From positions 1-61,847 of the forward strand of contig CANHFG010000004.1 in the NCBI GenBank assembly GCA_947459875.1: a DNA stretch of 61,847 nt, given 5' to 3'. The DNA comes from Ignavibacteria bacterium (GTDB taxonomy: Bacteria > Bacteroidota > Ignavibacteria > Kapaibacteriales > Kapaibacteriaceae). The first letter of the stretch is position 1. Every line of letters starts with the position of its first letter. This document shows, piece by piece, positions 28,201 through 36,245 of this stretch. The position numbers and the translations under genes are program-made. The notes beneath the pieces were generated by a model that was not told the origin of the DNA, ran no database searches, and saw nothing but the letters and a program-made list of their open reading frames with translations.

Positions 28201-29108
28201 TCCGGGCCATTGATGGCGTGCAGGCCCCTTTCCGAATCGCGGCAATGCGCCCTCCCCTGCCGTCCACTCTTCCGGCAGGTGCAGTGGCAGAGGTCGATAT
28301 CGAGTATGCGTTTGCTGGCAATGATCGCCTGGACACGATTGTTGTGGTGAGTACCGTCTCGGGACCATGTTCGGATACGGCGGTGTTTCGCCTTCGGGGT
28401 GCAACAGCGAGTAAGGGAACCATCACAGGGCTGCGCATTATCGCCCCGTCGAATGCCACCGCTCTTGCCGGTACGGATGTCGATGTTCCACTCGAGCTTG
28501 CTTCGGCCGTCGCGCTGGATTCGGCGAACCTGCGATCAATGCGCATCGATCTGCGGTATGATCCTCGCCTGATGCGGCCTGATGCCATTACGGCAAATGT
28601 TCCGGGGCTAACGGCCGCATTCACGGAAACTTCTCCGGGTGCTTCCACCATTCAGATCACTTCGGACCGTCCCATCGACGAGGCATCCCCACTTGTGACA
28701 CTGAAAGCCCGAACCTTTGTAGGTCCGCTTCGCACAACGGTGCTCGACGTTGATACGGCCCTAGCCCCGGGTGCTCTGATCACGGGCGACGACGGTCGAC
28801 TGAGCGTGGAAACAGACTGCGAGATCAATGCCTCGACAGTGGGACTTGTTCGGCCCGTGGTGTTCAGGACGCACCTTGTCGATGGTGACATGCTAAACGT
28901 CGAATTCTCCAGTGTGACTGCTGATGATGTCGTGCTCTCGGTGAGCTCGTCGACCGGTCAGGTGCGCACATGGGTGTTCTCTGCCTCGACCTCAGGCCTG
29001 GTGCGTCAGGTCACACTCGGACTGGCAGATTTCTCCTCCGGATTCTACTCGGTCGGTTACCGTCATGGCCGTCACGTCAAATTCATTCCGCTCGTGATCG
29101 CTCGATGA
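25215..29108 (+). CDS. Giant secreted surface protein: lamin-tail-like domain, FN3-like domain, 2 Ig-like repeats, 5 Cys-bracketed beta-sandwich modules, cohesin-like domain and a T9SS-like tail
   Basis: The signal peptide is MKALARISLLTMTALASVCSMLAQ. The LTD-like segment is MVVSEYYNIQDVNSEWTELVVVADNLNAVGWILTD (nt ~25287-25664). Five modules at nt ~26847-28400 each start (D/N)(F/L)G....C and end (P/S)C(G/Q/S)(D/A/I). The cohesin-like segment ITGLRIIAPSNATALAGTDVDVPLELAS...LVTLKARTFVG lies at nt ~28416-28814. The beta-rich C-terminus ends ...VKFIPLVIAR. Confidence 0.7.
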   Translation: MKALARISLLTMTALASVCSMLAQEMVVSEYYNIQDVNSEWTELVVVADNLNAVGWILTDANTGQVTRQGGPQFRDIPLWRNLRAGTIIVLWHRSIPAGFVQDADPADGYLELSSRDPNFFITYYFAAPSDNADLNIADAGDVLQILKSDFSHVHALGHNKPTGAAYNAIGSPKANFDSGTVGASRSNRVTGRSLAAYGVGLTKDSVVGGFNDSRGLPNRWDLARTNQGVANINHWFWRETREPKWTAAPAVALVSQSATSNTIEWTALDDPNPQDSTTGYLILRDTLGFAGFPAGSIRDGANIAKGAKLGSATVLDIRPTKLGRRLVDSINILCGMTYTYRVYGYRYRRDDVLPVTDDTTARGRQYADQRWAESSPISKSNPTKPVIQASRLQICPGDTVTLTTTTTDAVLYEWTVNNQPVPVGGTTRIVVRSTGEYRLIIRGAEGCSAVSDPITITALPAPSVEIRPSGTQTICRGDSVLLTALTVAASYEWLRDGQPIPGAKGNTIVARSEGDYQVRIATAAGCPGISPAVRIRNVDARFRVEPAVVDFGTIGQCKTDTTVVLEIVNQGLADLTITNANLPAGFALVSPAPGFQVPAGKRQSVTLVFAPSAPGTISLPASFQAQPCGASASFTVRGQRTAVSVALNKPGVDFGTYTACPNGDVRPDSTFCVRNSGTEPIIIGVPRVDPPFYLLTDIPRPVTIAPGAQFCISVMYRPLGLDLDRGVIQTIAFPYSSSSCQDTLRARVQAASYRPRAKVEETPIDLGVVLQCARRVDTVIQVSNPSLVPITVTGVDGVDLQFVGSAITIEPKGVRNIPVTITPSGNPGAFSIVAKVLYGPCQDAEEVQFDGLLLDASYQVGSAEINFGDVVLCRDSSRSLRFALTARGLSGLRSRLRLLRVASPFRSSVQSGASFRDSLEIDVTFAPLSEGAFVDTIVMQIEPCGIERRVILRGRGVLPRRTTTILSPDFGMIGQGGAVTRTLLITNTGQTPIDVRAIDGVQAPFRIAAMRPPLPSTLPAGAVAEVDIEYAFAGNDRLDTIVVVSTVSGPCSDTAVFRLRGATASKGTITGLRIIAPSNATALAGTDVDVPLELASAVALDSANLRSMRIDLRYDPRLMRPDAITANVPGLTAAFTETSPGASTIQITSDRPIDEASPLVTLKARTFVGPLRTTVLDVDTALAPGALITGDDGRLSVETDCEINASTVGLVRPVVFRTHLVDGDMLNVEFSSVTADDVVLSVSSSTGQVRTWVFSASTSGLVRQVTLGLADFSSGFYSVGYRHGRHVKFIPLVIAR

Positions 29109-29154
29109 GCGTCGGTGCCCACAAGATCTATCGTAAACAATCAATGAGGAACGC

Positions 29155-30138
29155 GTGAACGTCCTGGTCACCGGTGCTACCGGTTTTGTCGGCAGTCATG
29201 TTGTCGATGCGCTGCTAGAGAAGGGGCATGCGGTACGCTACATCGCCCGGTCGACATCGAATCTTCGTTGGCTTGAAGGCAAGGACGTCACGCGTGTGAA
29301 CGGTTCACTGTTCGACGTCGCGTCACTTCGTCACGCTGTCGACGGAGTCGACATCGTCATCCATGTTGCCGGTCTAACGGCTGCCAGAAATGAAGAGGAG
29401 TTTCGACGGGGCAACTTTGAAGCGACCCGAAATCTTCTTGACGCCGTGCGTTCCTACAACCCGGGCCTTGGCCGGTTCGTGCACGTATCCTCACTGGCCG
29501 TTGTCGGACCATCAGCATCGGTCCAGCAGCCGGTCACCGAAACGTCCCCGCTTCGCCCCATAACGGCATACGGACGCACAAAAAAACTTGCTGAGGATGC
29601 GGTGCGCGAGGCGGCCGATATTCCATCGACCATCATTCGTCCTCCGGCGGTATACGGGCCTCGTGATGAGGCGATCCTGACCTTTTTCCAGACCGTCAAC
29701 AGAGGTCTTGCCACATACATTGGCTTTGGTGACAAAAGTGTAAGCCTGGTGCACGTGCGTGACCTGGCCAGAGGAATCGTAATGGCGGCATTCCACGAAA
29801 ACGCCATCGGTCAGACGTACTTCATCTCATCCGACGAGTTCTACACGTGGCCGCAGATCGCCACGCTCACCGGAGCGGTAATGGGCAAGCGTCGTCTTCT
29901 CAGCCTTCGTTTACCGCACGCGGCCGTCCTGGGTATCGCGGGCGTTGTCGGCAGTCTCGGCAAGATCATGGGTAAACCCCCTGTGCTGGATTTTGAAAAG
30001 GGGCGGGACCTGATCCAGCCGTACTGGATCTGCAGCACCCAGAAGGCCCGCGAAGAGATCGGATATCGTCAGGAGATATCACTCCATGAGGGGATATCCG
30101 AGACGGTGGAGTGGTATCGGAGTCGCCGCTGGTTATGA
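29155..30138 (+). CDS. NAD-dependent epimerase/dehydratase family (extended SDR)
   Basis: The start is GTG. The Rossmann motif VTGATGFVGSHVV and the YGRTK (YxxxK) motif are present. The protein is 327 aa. Confidence 0.8.
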   Translation: MNVLVTGATGFVGSHVVDALLEKGHAVRYIARSTSNLRWLEGKDVTRVNGSLFDVASLRHAVDGVDIVIHVAGLTAARNEEEFRRGNFEATRNLLDAVRSYNPGLGRFVHVSSLAVVGPSASVQQPVTETSPLRPITAYGRTKKLAEDAVREAADIPSTIIRPPAVYGPRDEAILTFFQTVNRGLATYIGFGDKSVSLVHVRDLARGIVMAAFHENAIGQTYFISSDEFYTWPQIATLTGAVMGKRRLLSLRLPHAAVLGIAGVVGSLGKIMGKPPVLDFEKGRDLIQPYWICSTQKAREEIGYRQEISLHEGISETVEWYRSRRWL

Positions 30139-32678
30139 TCCGACGGCTGCTAGTCAACATCACCGGGACGGGTATAGCCGCTATCGTGCTAACGATCATC
30201 GGCGTGACCTTTGCGATCCTGCTGGCAACGAGAAGTCATCCCAGGCCTTATCAGCAGACGAGCGCACCGGTTCGTGACTCCGTGCACGTGTATCGCAACG
30301 CGTTCAGCATTCCCCATATTGTTGGCTCATCACTGCGCGACGTGATCTTTGCGCAGGGGTATACGCACGCGCAGGATCGGCTCTGGCAGATGGACTTCTG
30401 GCGACGCGCCGCCACTGGGCATACGGCCGAGATCCTCGGTCCAGATGGCATTTCATTCGATGCGTTCATGCGCACGATCGACATCGCCGGTATAGCACGC
30501 CGACAACGCAAGGGGCTCAGCAGCACGGCGCTTCAGATCCTGCAGGCCTATAGCGACGGCGTCAATGCCTATATCCGGGAGAATCGAGAGAGTCTGCCGT
30601 TCGAGTTTGATGCGCTCTCCTATGCACCCGCTGAGTGGACACCCGAGGACTGCCTCATTATCGGTCGGGCCCTGTCGTTCGACATGAGTCTTGGGTTCTG
30701 GTCGGACATCACCTACGCACAGATCGAACATCAGCGCGGAACACAGTTCGTCGGCGACTACATCCCACGCGACGCCCGTGGTCCGTTTGTTCTTGATACT
30801 GTGGGAAGTGCTGCGCCCCCTGTGGCCAAAGTGCAGACAGCCCGTGAATCGGGGTTCCCCTCCCGCGATGGTCTAACAGACGCCATGCTTGCGGGCGTGC
30901 GGAATAACCTCGCTAACGCCAGGCGCGTGCTTGGCATCCGTGGCGCGGGATTTGGCAGCAATTGCTGGGTGATGAAGGCGCCCGATGGTTCGACCATCGT
31001 GGCCAACGATCCGCATCTGACAACGTCGATTCCTGCCAAATGGTATCAGATCCACCTCTCTGCTCCAAACCTCAATGTTGTTGGACTGAGTATTCCCGGT
31101 GTTCCGCTGGTGATCTCGGGCCGCAACGATCATCTTGCATGGGGCTTTACCAACGCAATGATCGACGATGTCGATTATGTTATCGAGCGCTGTGACTCGG
31201 CAGATCCGGTGAATTACTATCGCGACGCGGCCGGTTTGCGACGGAAGTTTCGCTACCTGGCCGACACTATTCATGTTGCAGGCCAGCCCGATACCATTAT
31301 CAGTATCCGGTCGACGGCTACATCGCGAGTGATCTCAGATCACCACATCATGCGCGACCCATCGCCGATCTTTGAGTTTCCGCGTGTTGCAGCCACGAGC
31401 TACATGTTTCCCGAGAAGAATCGTTCTCGGCCTACGGTCATGACTTTCCGGTGGACCGCTTCCTATCCAAGCGACGAGATCTCGGCCATCTACCGCATCA
31501 ATACCGCAAAGACTGTTGAGTCGATGCTCGCTGCGTTATCGACGTGGGGCACACCGGCGCTCACTTTCAGCGTGGGCAGCAAGGCTGGCTCTCTGGCGGT
31601 CATGGCCGCAGGTACGCTCCCACAACGCGGAAGTGCAGATCCACGTCTCCCGATTCCTTCATGGGTTCAGGGGGCTGACTGGATGGGGACGACGTCGCTC
31701 ACGTCGCTTGGACGGATGGTCAATCCGTCGCGCGGCTGGGTGGCTTCGGCCAATAATCGACTCAGTAGTCAAGGCCAGTATGTTGGGTCGCTCTACGAGC
31801 CCTCCTCGCGGATGGAGAGGATCAGTCAGCTGATGCGTCTCTACGACAAGCCGACGGTACGCGATGTGCAGATGATCCAGCAGGATGTGGTCTCGCCCTA
31901 TGCTCGCAACATGCTCCGTCGCGTGGTTCCGGTTTTGCAGCGGGCTTCCAAGCGATTCAACGCTGAAGAGCGGCGGGCTTTGGCAATGCTGGTCTCATGG
32001 GATGCCAGCCACACACCGCTGGATAATGCCGCTTCGATCTTCTCCATCTTTCTTGATCGGCTTGTCTGGGCGACGTTTGAAGATGAACTCGGACAACAGC
32101 TGTTCTTCGACTGGTCTCTTGTGACGAACATACCCTTGCGTCGCATCGATGAACTGATCGACGAACCTCAGAACCGAATCTGGGATGATGTTCGCACGAG
32201 CTCGACAACAGAGGATATGTCATGGATCGTTCTGCGGGCGTTCCAACTGGCGGTGGACGATCTTAGTCGGCACTTCCGTCATGGCCCCGAGCAGGGCTGG
32301 CCGTTCGGGTCCATTCACTCGGTGACCTTTCCGCATGTGTTTGGACGAAATGCGCTTATGCGCCCGACCCTGAACCTCGGACCATTCAGTATCGGTGGCA
32401 GTCAGACGACCATCAATAACACGCAATGGAGCTTCAGCACGCGTGAACCAAGGGATGTGATGTTACCGACGAAGGTCGTAGCCAGCATGCGCGTTATCTC
32501 GCTGATGACTGATTCTGTTCAGTACACCGTGGTGCCCGGAGGCGCGTCTGGACAGCCCCTTGAAGCGCACTATTCTGACCAGATGCAGCTTTGGCTCAAA
32601 GGTGGATACGTCAAGCTTCCCGTTGGTCCGAAGCCCGACGTGGCCTTTCGGCTCTACCATGTGTTTTCCCCTCGATGA
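30135..32678 (+). CDS. Penicillin/AHL acylase family Ntn-hydrolase (peptidase S45)
   Basis: ORF 30111-32678. The ATG at 30135 forms an ATGA overlap with the upstream stop. An N-terminal TM segment is present. Motifs include HIVGSSLRDVIFAQGYTHAQDRLWQMD and the beta-chain nucleophile context GFGSNCWVM (S-N-x-W). Confidence 0.85.
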   Translation: MIRRLLVNITGTGIAAIVLTIIGVTFAILLATRSHPRPYQQTSAPVRDSVHVYRNAFSIPHIVGSSLRDVIFAQGYTHAQDRLWQMDFWRRAATGHTAEILGPDGISFDAFMRTIDIAGIARRQRKGLSSTALQILQAYSDGVNAYIRENRESLPFEFDALSYAPAEWTPEDCLIIGRALSFDMSLGFWSDITYAQIEHQRGTQFVGDYIPRDARGPFVLDTVGSAAPPVAKVQTARESGFPSRDGLTDAMLAGVRNNLANARRVLGIRGAGFGSNCWVMKAPDGSTIVANDPHLTTSIPAKWYQIHLSAPNLNVVGLSIPGVPLVISGRNDHLAWGFTNAMIDDVDYVIERCDSADPVNYYRDAAGLRRKFRYLADTIHVAGQPDTIISIRSTATSRVISDHHIMRDPSPIFEFPRVAATSYMFPEKNRSRPTVMTFRWTASYPSDEISAIYRINTAKTVESMLAALSTWGTPALTFSVGSKAGSLAVMAAGTLPQRGSADPRLPIPSWVQGADWMGTTSLTSLGRMVNPSRGWVASANNRLSSQGQYVGSLYEPSSRMERISQLMRLYDKPTVRDVQMIQQDVVSPYARNMLRRVVPVLQRASKRFNAEERRALAMLVSWDASHTPLDNAASIFSIFLDRLVWATFEDELGQQLFFDWSLVTNIPLRRIDELIDEPQNRIWDDVRTSSTTEDMSWIVLRAFQLAVDDLSRHFRHGPEQGWPFGSIHSVTFPHVFGRNALMRPTLNLGPFSIGGSQTTINNTQWSFSTREPRDVMLPTKVVASMRVISLMTDSVQYTVVPGGASGQPLEAHYSDQMQLWLKGGYVKLPVGPKPDVAFRLYHVFSPR

Positions 32679-32736
32679 ATGGCCCCACGCATTGCGTATT
32701 TTGCCGCCAATCATCCACGAACAATACCCTTTTACC

Positions 32737-34218
32737 ATGTCTGTCAACGTCTCAACAGCTACGCGTCAGAGCGTGAAGTGCGATGCGATCATCGTTCTGA
32801 TTCCCGAAACCGAGCGTCAGTTCGGTCAGCACGAAAAGGCCCTCACGGCAGCTATACCTCATCTGACGCCGGTGTTTGAATCGAAGGACTTTACGGGTAA
32901 GCGCCTGCAGACGGCTCTTGCCTACTGCGGTTCGGCAGCCTCGGCACCGCGTGTCATCCTCACCGGTCTTGGTGAGACGCAGAATGTGACCGTCGAGACC
33001 CTGCGCCGCGCTGCAGCAGCCGCAGCCAAGCGGGCGGCATCATCAGGGTGCCAACATATTGCTGTCGATGTTCAAACTGTCAATGGAATCGATGCTGCTA
33101 CGGTTGCCCAGGCCATCGTTGAGGGCGCTCTTCTGAGTCAGTATGCATTTGACAAATACAAGACCATCGCCCCCTCTAACGGCAAGAAGGTCAAGAAGCT
33201 CACGCTGATCACCGACAAGGCACATCAGAAGGCCGTTACCAAGGGTGCCGATGCGGGATGGGTCATCGTCGAAGGCGTCACCCTTGCGCGCGATCTTGCC
33301 AATGCCCCGAACAATGAGATCTACCCGGAAACACTTGCCCGCAAGGCGCAGGAGGTTGGCCGGAAATCGGGCTTCAAGACAACTGTTCTGGACAAGGCAA
33401 AGATCGAAGCGCTTAAGATGGGCGGATTGCTTGGTGTTAACCAGGGAAGTACACGCCCTCCGGTCATGATCGTGATGGAATACATGAAGGGGCCGAAGTC
33501 AGAAAAGCCCCTTGTGCTTGTGGGTAAGGGCGTCACCTTCGACACTGGCGGCATCTCCATCAAGCCGGCGGCCGGCATGAGCGACATGAAGAGTGACATG
33601 CACGGAGCTGCGAGCGTCATAGGTACCATGCAGACCATTGCCAAACTCGGTCTGAAGCGCAACGTTGTGGGCATTGTTCCGGCAACAGAGAACATGCCAA
33701 GCGGGTCGGCTCTCGTGCCCGGTGACATTATCACCTTCATGAACGGCAAGACAGCCGAGATCGACAACACGGACGCTGAAGGTCGCCTGATCCTTGCCGA
33801 CGCGCTATGCTATGCCGATCGGTACAAACCCAGCGCCGTGATCGACCTTGCCACACTCACCGGCGCAGTTGTAATCGCCCTCGGAAGCGTCACTACAGGA
33901 ATGATGGGGACGGATGAGAAGACCAAGTCACGCCTGCGTGCTGCGGCGGCCAAGACCAATGAATACGTCTGCGAACTGCCGCTCTACGAAGAGTACGAAG
34001 AGCTGATCTCGAGCGATTACGCCGACATCAAGAACTCCGGCGGCCGCAGTGCCGGATCGATCACGGCAGCACTGTTCCTGAAGCATTTCGTGAGCTACCC
34101 ATGGGTACACCTGGATATTGCCGGTACCGGCATCCAGCCCAAGGCAGCACATTACGTCTGCAAGGGTGGCTCCGGTGTTGGAGTGCGTCTTCTCACAGAA
34201 ATGCTCCGCCACTGGTGA
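32737..34218 (+). CDS. pepA: Leucyl aminopeptidase (M17)
   Basis: ORF 32560-34218. The ATG at 32737 avoids overlap with the acylase gene. The motifs VGKGVTFDTGGISIKP, NTDAEGRLILADAL and LATLTGA are present. Confidence 0.9.
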   Translation: MSVNVSTATRQSVKCDAIIVLIPETERQFGQHEKALTAAIPHLTPVFESKDFTGKRLQTALAYCGSAASAPRVILTGLGETQNVTVETLRRAAAAAAKRAASSGCQHIAVDVQTVNGIDAATVAQAIVEGALLSQYAFDKYKTIAPSNGKKVKKLTLITDKAHQKAVTKGADAGWVIVEGVTLARDLANAPNNEIYPETLARKAQEVGRKSGFKTTVLDKAKIEALKMGGLLGVNQGSTRPPVMIVMEYMKGPKSEKPLVLVGKGVTFDTGGISIKPAAGMSDMKSDMHGAASVIGTMQTIAKLGLKRNVVGIVPATENMPSGSALVPGDIITFMNGKTAEIDNTDAEGRLILADALCYADRYKPSAVIDLATLTGAVVIALGSVTTGMMGTDEKTKSRLRAAAAKTNEYVCELPLYEEYEELISSDYADIKNSGGRSAGSITAALFLKHFVSYPWVHLDIAGTGIQPKAAHYVCKGGSGVGVRLLTEMLRHW

Positions 34219-34230
34219 TAGGGTCAGCTC

Positions 34231-34809
34231 TTGTCTGAATCCCCAAATGACGAACTGCGCCGCGAGTTTGAGCTCGAGGCCATGCCGCACATGTCGGCAC
34301 TGTATTCGTTTGCCGTAAGGCTTACGCGTGATCCAGATGATGCGGCCGATCTGGTGCAGGAAACATTCCTCAAAGCCTTCCGGTTTTTCGACAAGTTCGA
34401 ACGGGGAACTAACTGTAAGGCATGGCTGTTCCGGATTCTTAAGAACTCGTACATCAACACGTTCCGAAGGTCGTCCAAGGCTCCGGATACGGTTGAGTAC
34501 GACGTCATCGAAGAGTTCTACGAGACTATCCGAGATAGCTCTGTTGAAACATCGGTTCTCGAAGAACAGGTGTTCACCAACGCTCTCGACGATGAGGTGG
34601 CCGAGGCGATTGCTTCTCTTCCGGAGGAGTTTCGCACGGTTGTTATTCTTTGCGACATTGAAGGTTTCACTTATGAGGAGATCGCCGAGTTCATTGACTG
34701 TCCGATCGGGACGGTCCGTTCACGTCTGCACCGTGCGCGTAAACTTCTGGCTGCCAAACTCGCCGACTACGCCAGGGCGAGGGGTTTCTCTACCGGAGAG
34801 CCAGAATGA
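34231..34809 (+). CDS. ECF-type RNA polymerase sigma-70 factor
   Basis: Region 2 is present (DAADLVQETFLKAFRFFDKF....CKAWLFRILKNSYIN), as is region 4 (LPEEFRTVVILCDIEGFTYEEIAEFIDCPIGTVRSRLHRAR). The start is TTG at 34231. Confidence 0.85.
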   Translation: MSESPNDELRREFELEAMPHMSALYSFAVRLTRDPDDAADLVQETFLKAFRFFDKFERGTNCKAWLFRILKNSYINTFRRSSKAPDTVEYDVIEEFYETIRDSSVETSVLEEQVFTNALDDEVAEAIASLPEEFRTVVILCDIEGFTYEEIAEFIDCPIGTVRSRLHRARKLLAAKLADYARARGFSTGEPE

Positions 34810-34848
34810 TACAGGGCAAGGCGCTTTTCGATAACTACGAGGACGTAT

Positions 34849-35670
34849 ATGAAGGATTCACTAGACTCCTTTGAATGGATCTCCGAGATGCTTGATAACA
34901 ATCAGGAACATCTCGTAGCGGACAAAGTCAGAGGCGATGCGCGTGCAGAGCGCGAAAGCCGGATCATTGCAGCCACACGCGCTGCCGTGCGCTCGCGCCG
35001 GACTGCGCTGCGTATGCAGGCACCGGTTTCGCTCGAGCGATCGATCCGTATGGCCATAGCAGCCGAGGCACGCACGCAGAGCGGACGGTCGTTTACCGGT
35101 AAGCTCCGTGGCATGCTTAGCAGCTTTGCTACCCAGCCGCGGTATGCCGCAGCTGCTCTGGCATTTATTGCTGTTGCCGCTTCGACGCTATTCGTGCTGT
35201 CTCAGCGCGGTAATACTCTTCCGTCGAACATGACCGAAGCTGCTCTTGCGGCGTACGCTAATGTTTCGTCTGATGCCGGGAACATCGATCTTCATTCGTC
35301 GGACAAGAACGACCTACGGGCGTTCTTCGCCAACCACGGTGTTGATTTTGAGGTGTTCTTCCCCACCGTCGCCGCAGAGCTCGTCGGAGGCAGTGTGCGC
35401 TCGATCAACGGTCGCGATTTTCCGGTGCTTGTTTACCGCACGGCTGGACGCCTGATCTCACTCCTAGAAGTTGAGCAGGGGGCGATCGATGCCAAGACCG
35501 TTGAACTTGATCGTGCCACGGCCGAGGACGTTTCAAATAGCAAGTGGCATTGGGCCTCGTCACAAGACCGCACGTTGTTTGTCTGGAAAAGCAATAGTAT
35601 CATGTGCTCGGTCGTCTCAGACCTGGCCGTGAATGAAGTGTCTGCTCTGTTCAGTCTTGAGGTCCTCTAA
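34849..35670 (+). CDS. Putative membrane-spanning anti-sigma factor
   Basis: The gene lies immediately downstream of the ECF sigma. A single TM segment (PRYAAAALAFIAVAASTLFVLS) lies near aa 97-118, followed by a ~150-aa extracytoplasmic domain. No HxxxCxxC zinc motif was seen. Confidence 0.55.
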   Translation: MKDSLDSFEWISEMLDNNQEHLVADKVRGDARAERESRIIAATRAAVRSRRTALRMQAPVSLERSIRMAIAAEARTQSGRSFTGKLRGMLSSFATQPRYAAAALAFIAVAASTLFVLSQRGNTLPSNMTEAALAAYANVSSDAGNIDLHSSDKNDLRAFFANHGVDFEVFFPTVAAELVGGSVRSINGRDFPVLVYRTAGRLISLLEVEQGAIDAKTVELDRATAEDVSNSKWHWASSQDRTLFVWKSNSIMCSVVSDLAVNEVSALFSLEVL

Positions 35671-36234
35671 ATGAAACAGTTTCTGGTTGCTCTCACCGTC
35701 AGCGCCGTCATTGTCGGCTATTGGCTCTATCGTCCTGAAGGTGCTTCAGCCTCCGGGTCTGCTGGCGCCTCCGGTGGTGTCTTCCCAGTGTCTGGCGTCA
35801 AGACAGCAGCCTCGGGCAAGGCTGTGGATTTCACATGGACGGACGCCGATGGACGGCAGCGCTCGTTCTCTGAAGTTGCCGCCGGCAAAACCGTCCTCCT
35901 GAACATCTGGGCAACATGGTGCCCGCCGTGCCGCCGTGAGATACCAGACCTGGTAACGATATCCAAGGACATGGCAGCCAAGGGTGTGGTTGTGATCGGT
36001 GTGGCCCTCGACGACAAGCCGGATGCCCTCAACATCGTCAAAACGTACGCCGAGCGTAATGGCATCGCGTATATGAACGTGCTGGATGCCGATAAGAAGA
36101 TCGCCGAGGCCTATGGTGGCATACAGGCAGTGCCGACCACGTTCATCATCGACCGTCAGGGTTCAATCGCCCAAAGGATCGTGGGCTCGATGCCCAAGGA
36201 CGCTTTTGTTGCGGCGCTTCAAAAGGCGATGTAA
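35671..36234 (+). CDS. TlpA/ResA-like thiol:disulfide oxidoreductase (thioredoxin fold)
   Basis: The ATG directly abuts the upstream TAA stop. An N-terminal TM or signal segment and the motif NIWATWCPPCRREIP (CxxC) are present. Confidence 0.85.
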   Translation: MKQFLVALTVSAVIVGYWLYRPEGASASGSAGASGGVFPVSGVKTAASGKAVDFTWTDADGRQRSFSEVAAGKTVLLNIWATWCPPCRREIPDLVTISKDMAAKGVVVIGVALDDKPDALNIVKTYAERNGIAYMNVLDADKKIAEAYGGIQAVPTTFIIDRQGSIAQRIVGSMPKDAFVAALQKAM

Positions 36235-36245
36235 CGCCAAGCCCC

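Noticed and set aside
32560-32736. The long N-terminal extension of pepA suggested by ORF 32560-34218
   Set aside because: The extension overlaps the acylase gene by 119 nt in another frame and has non-protein-like composition. The M17 homology begins at the ATG at 32737.
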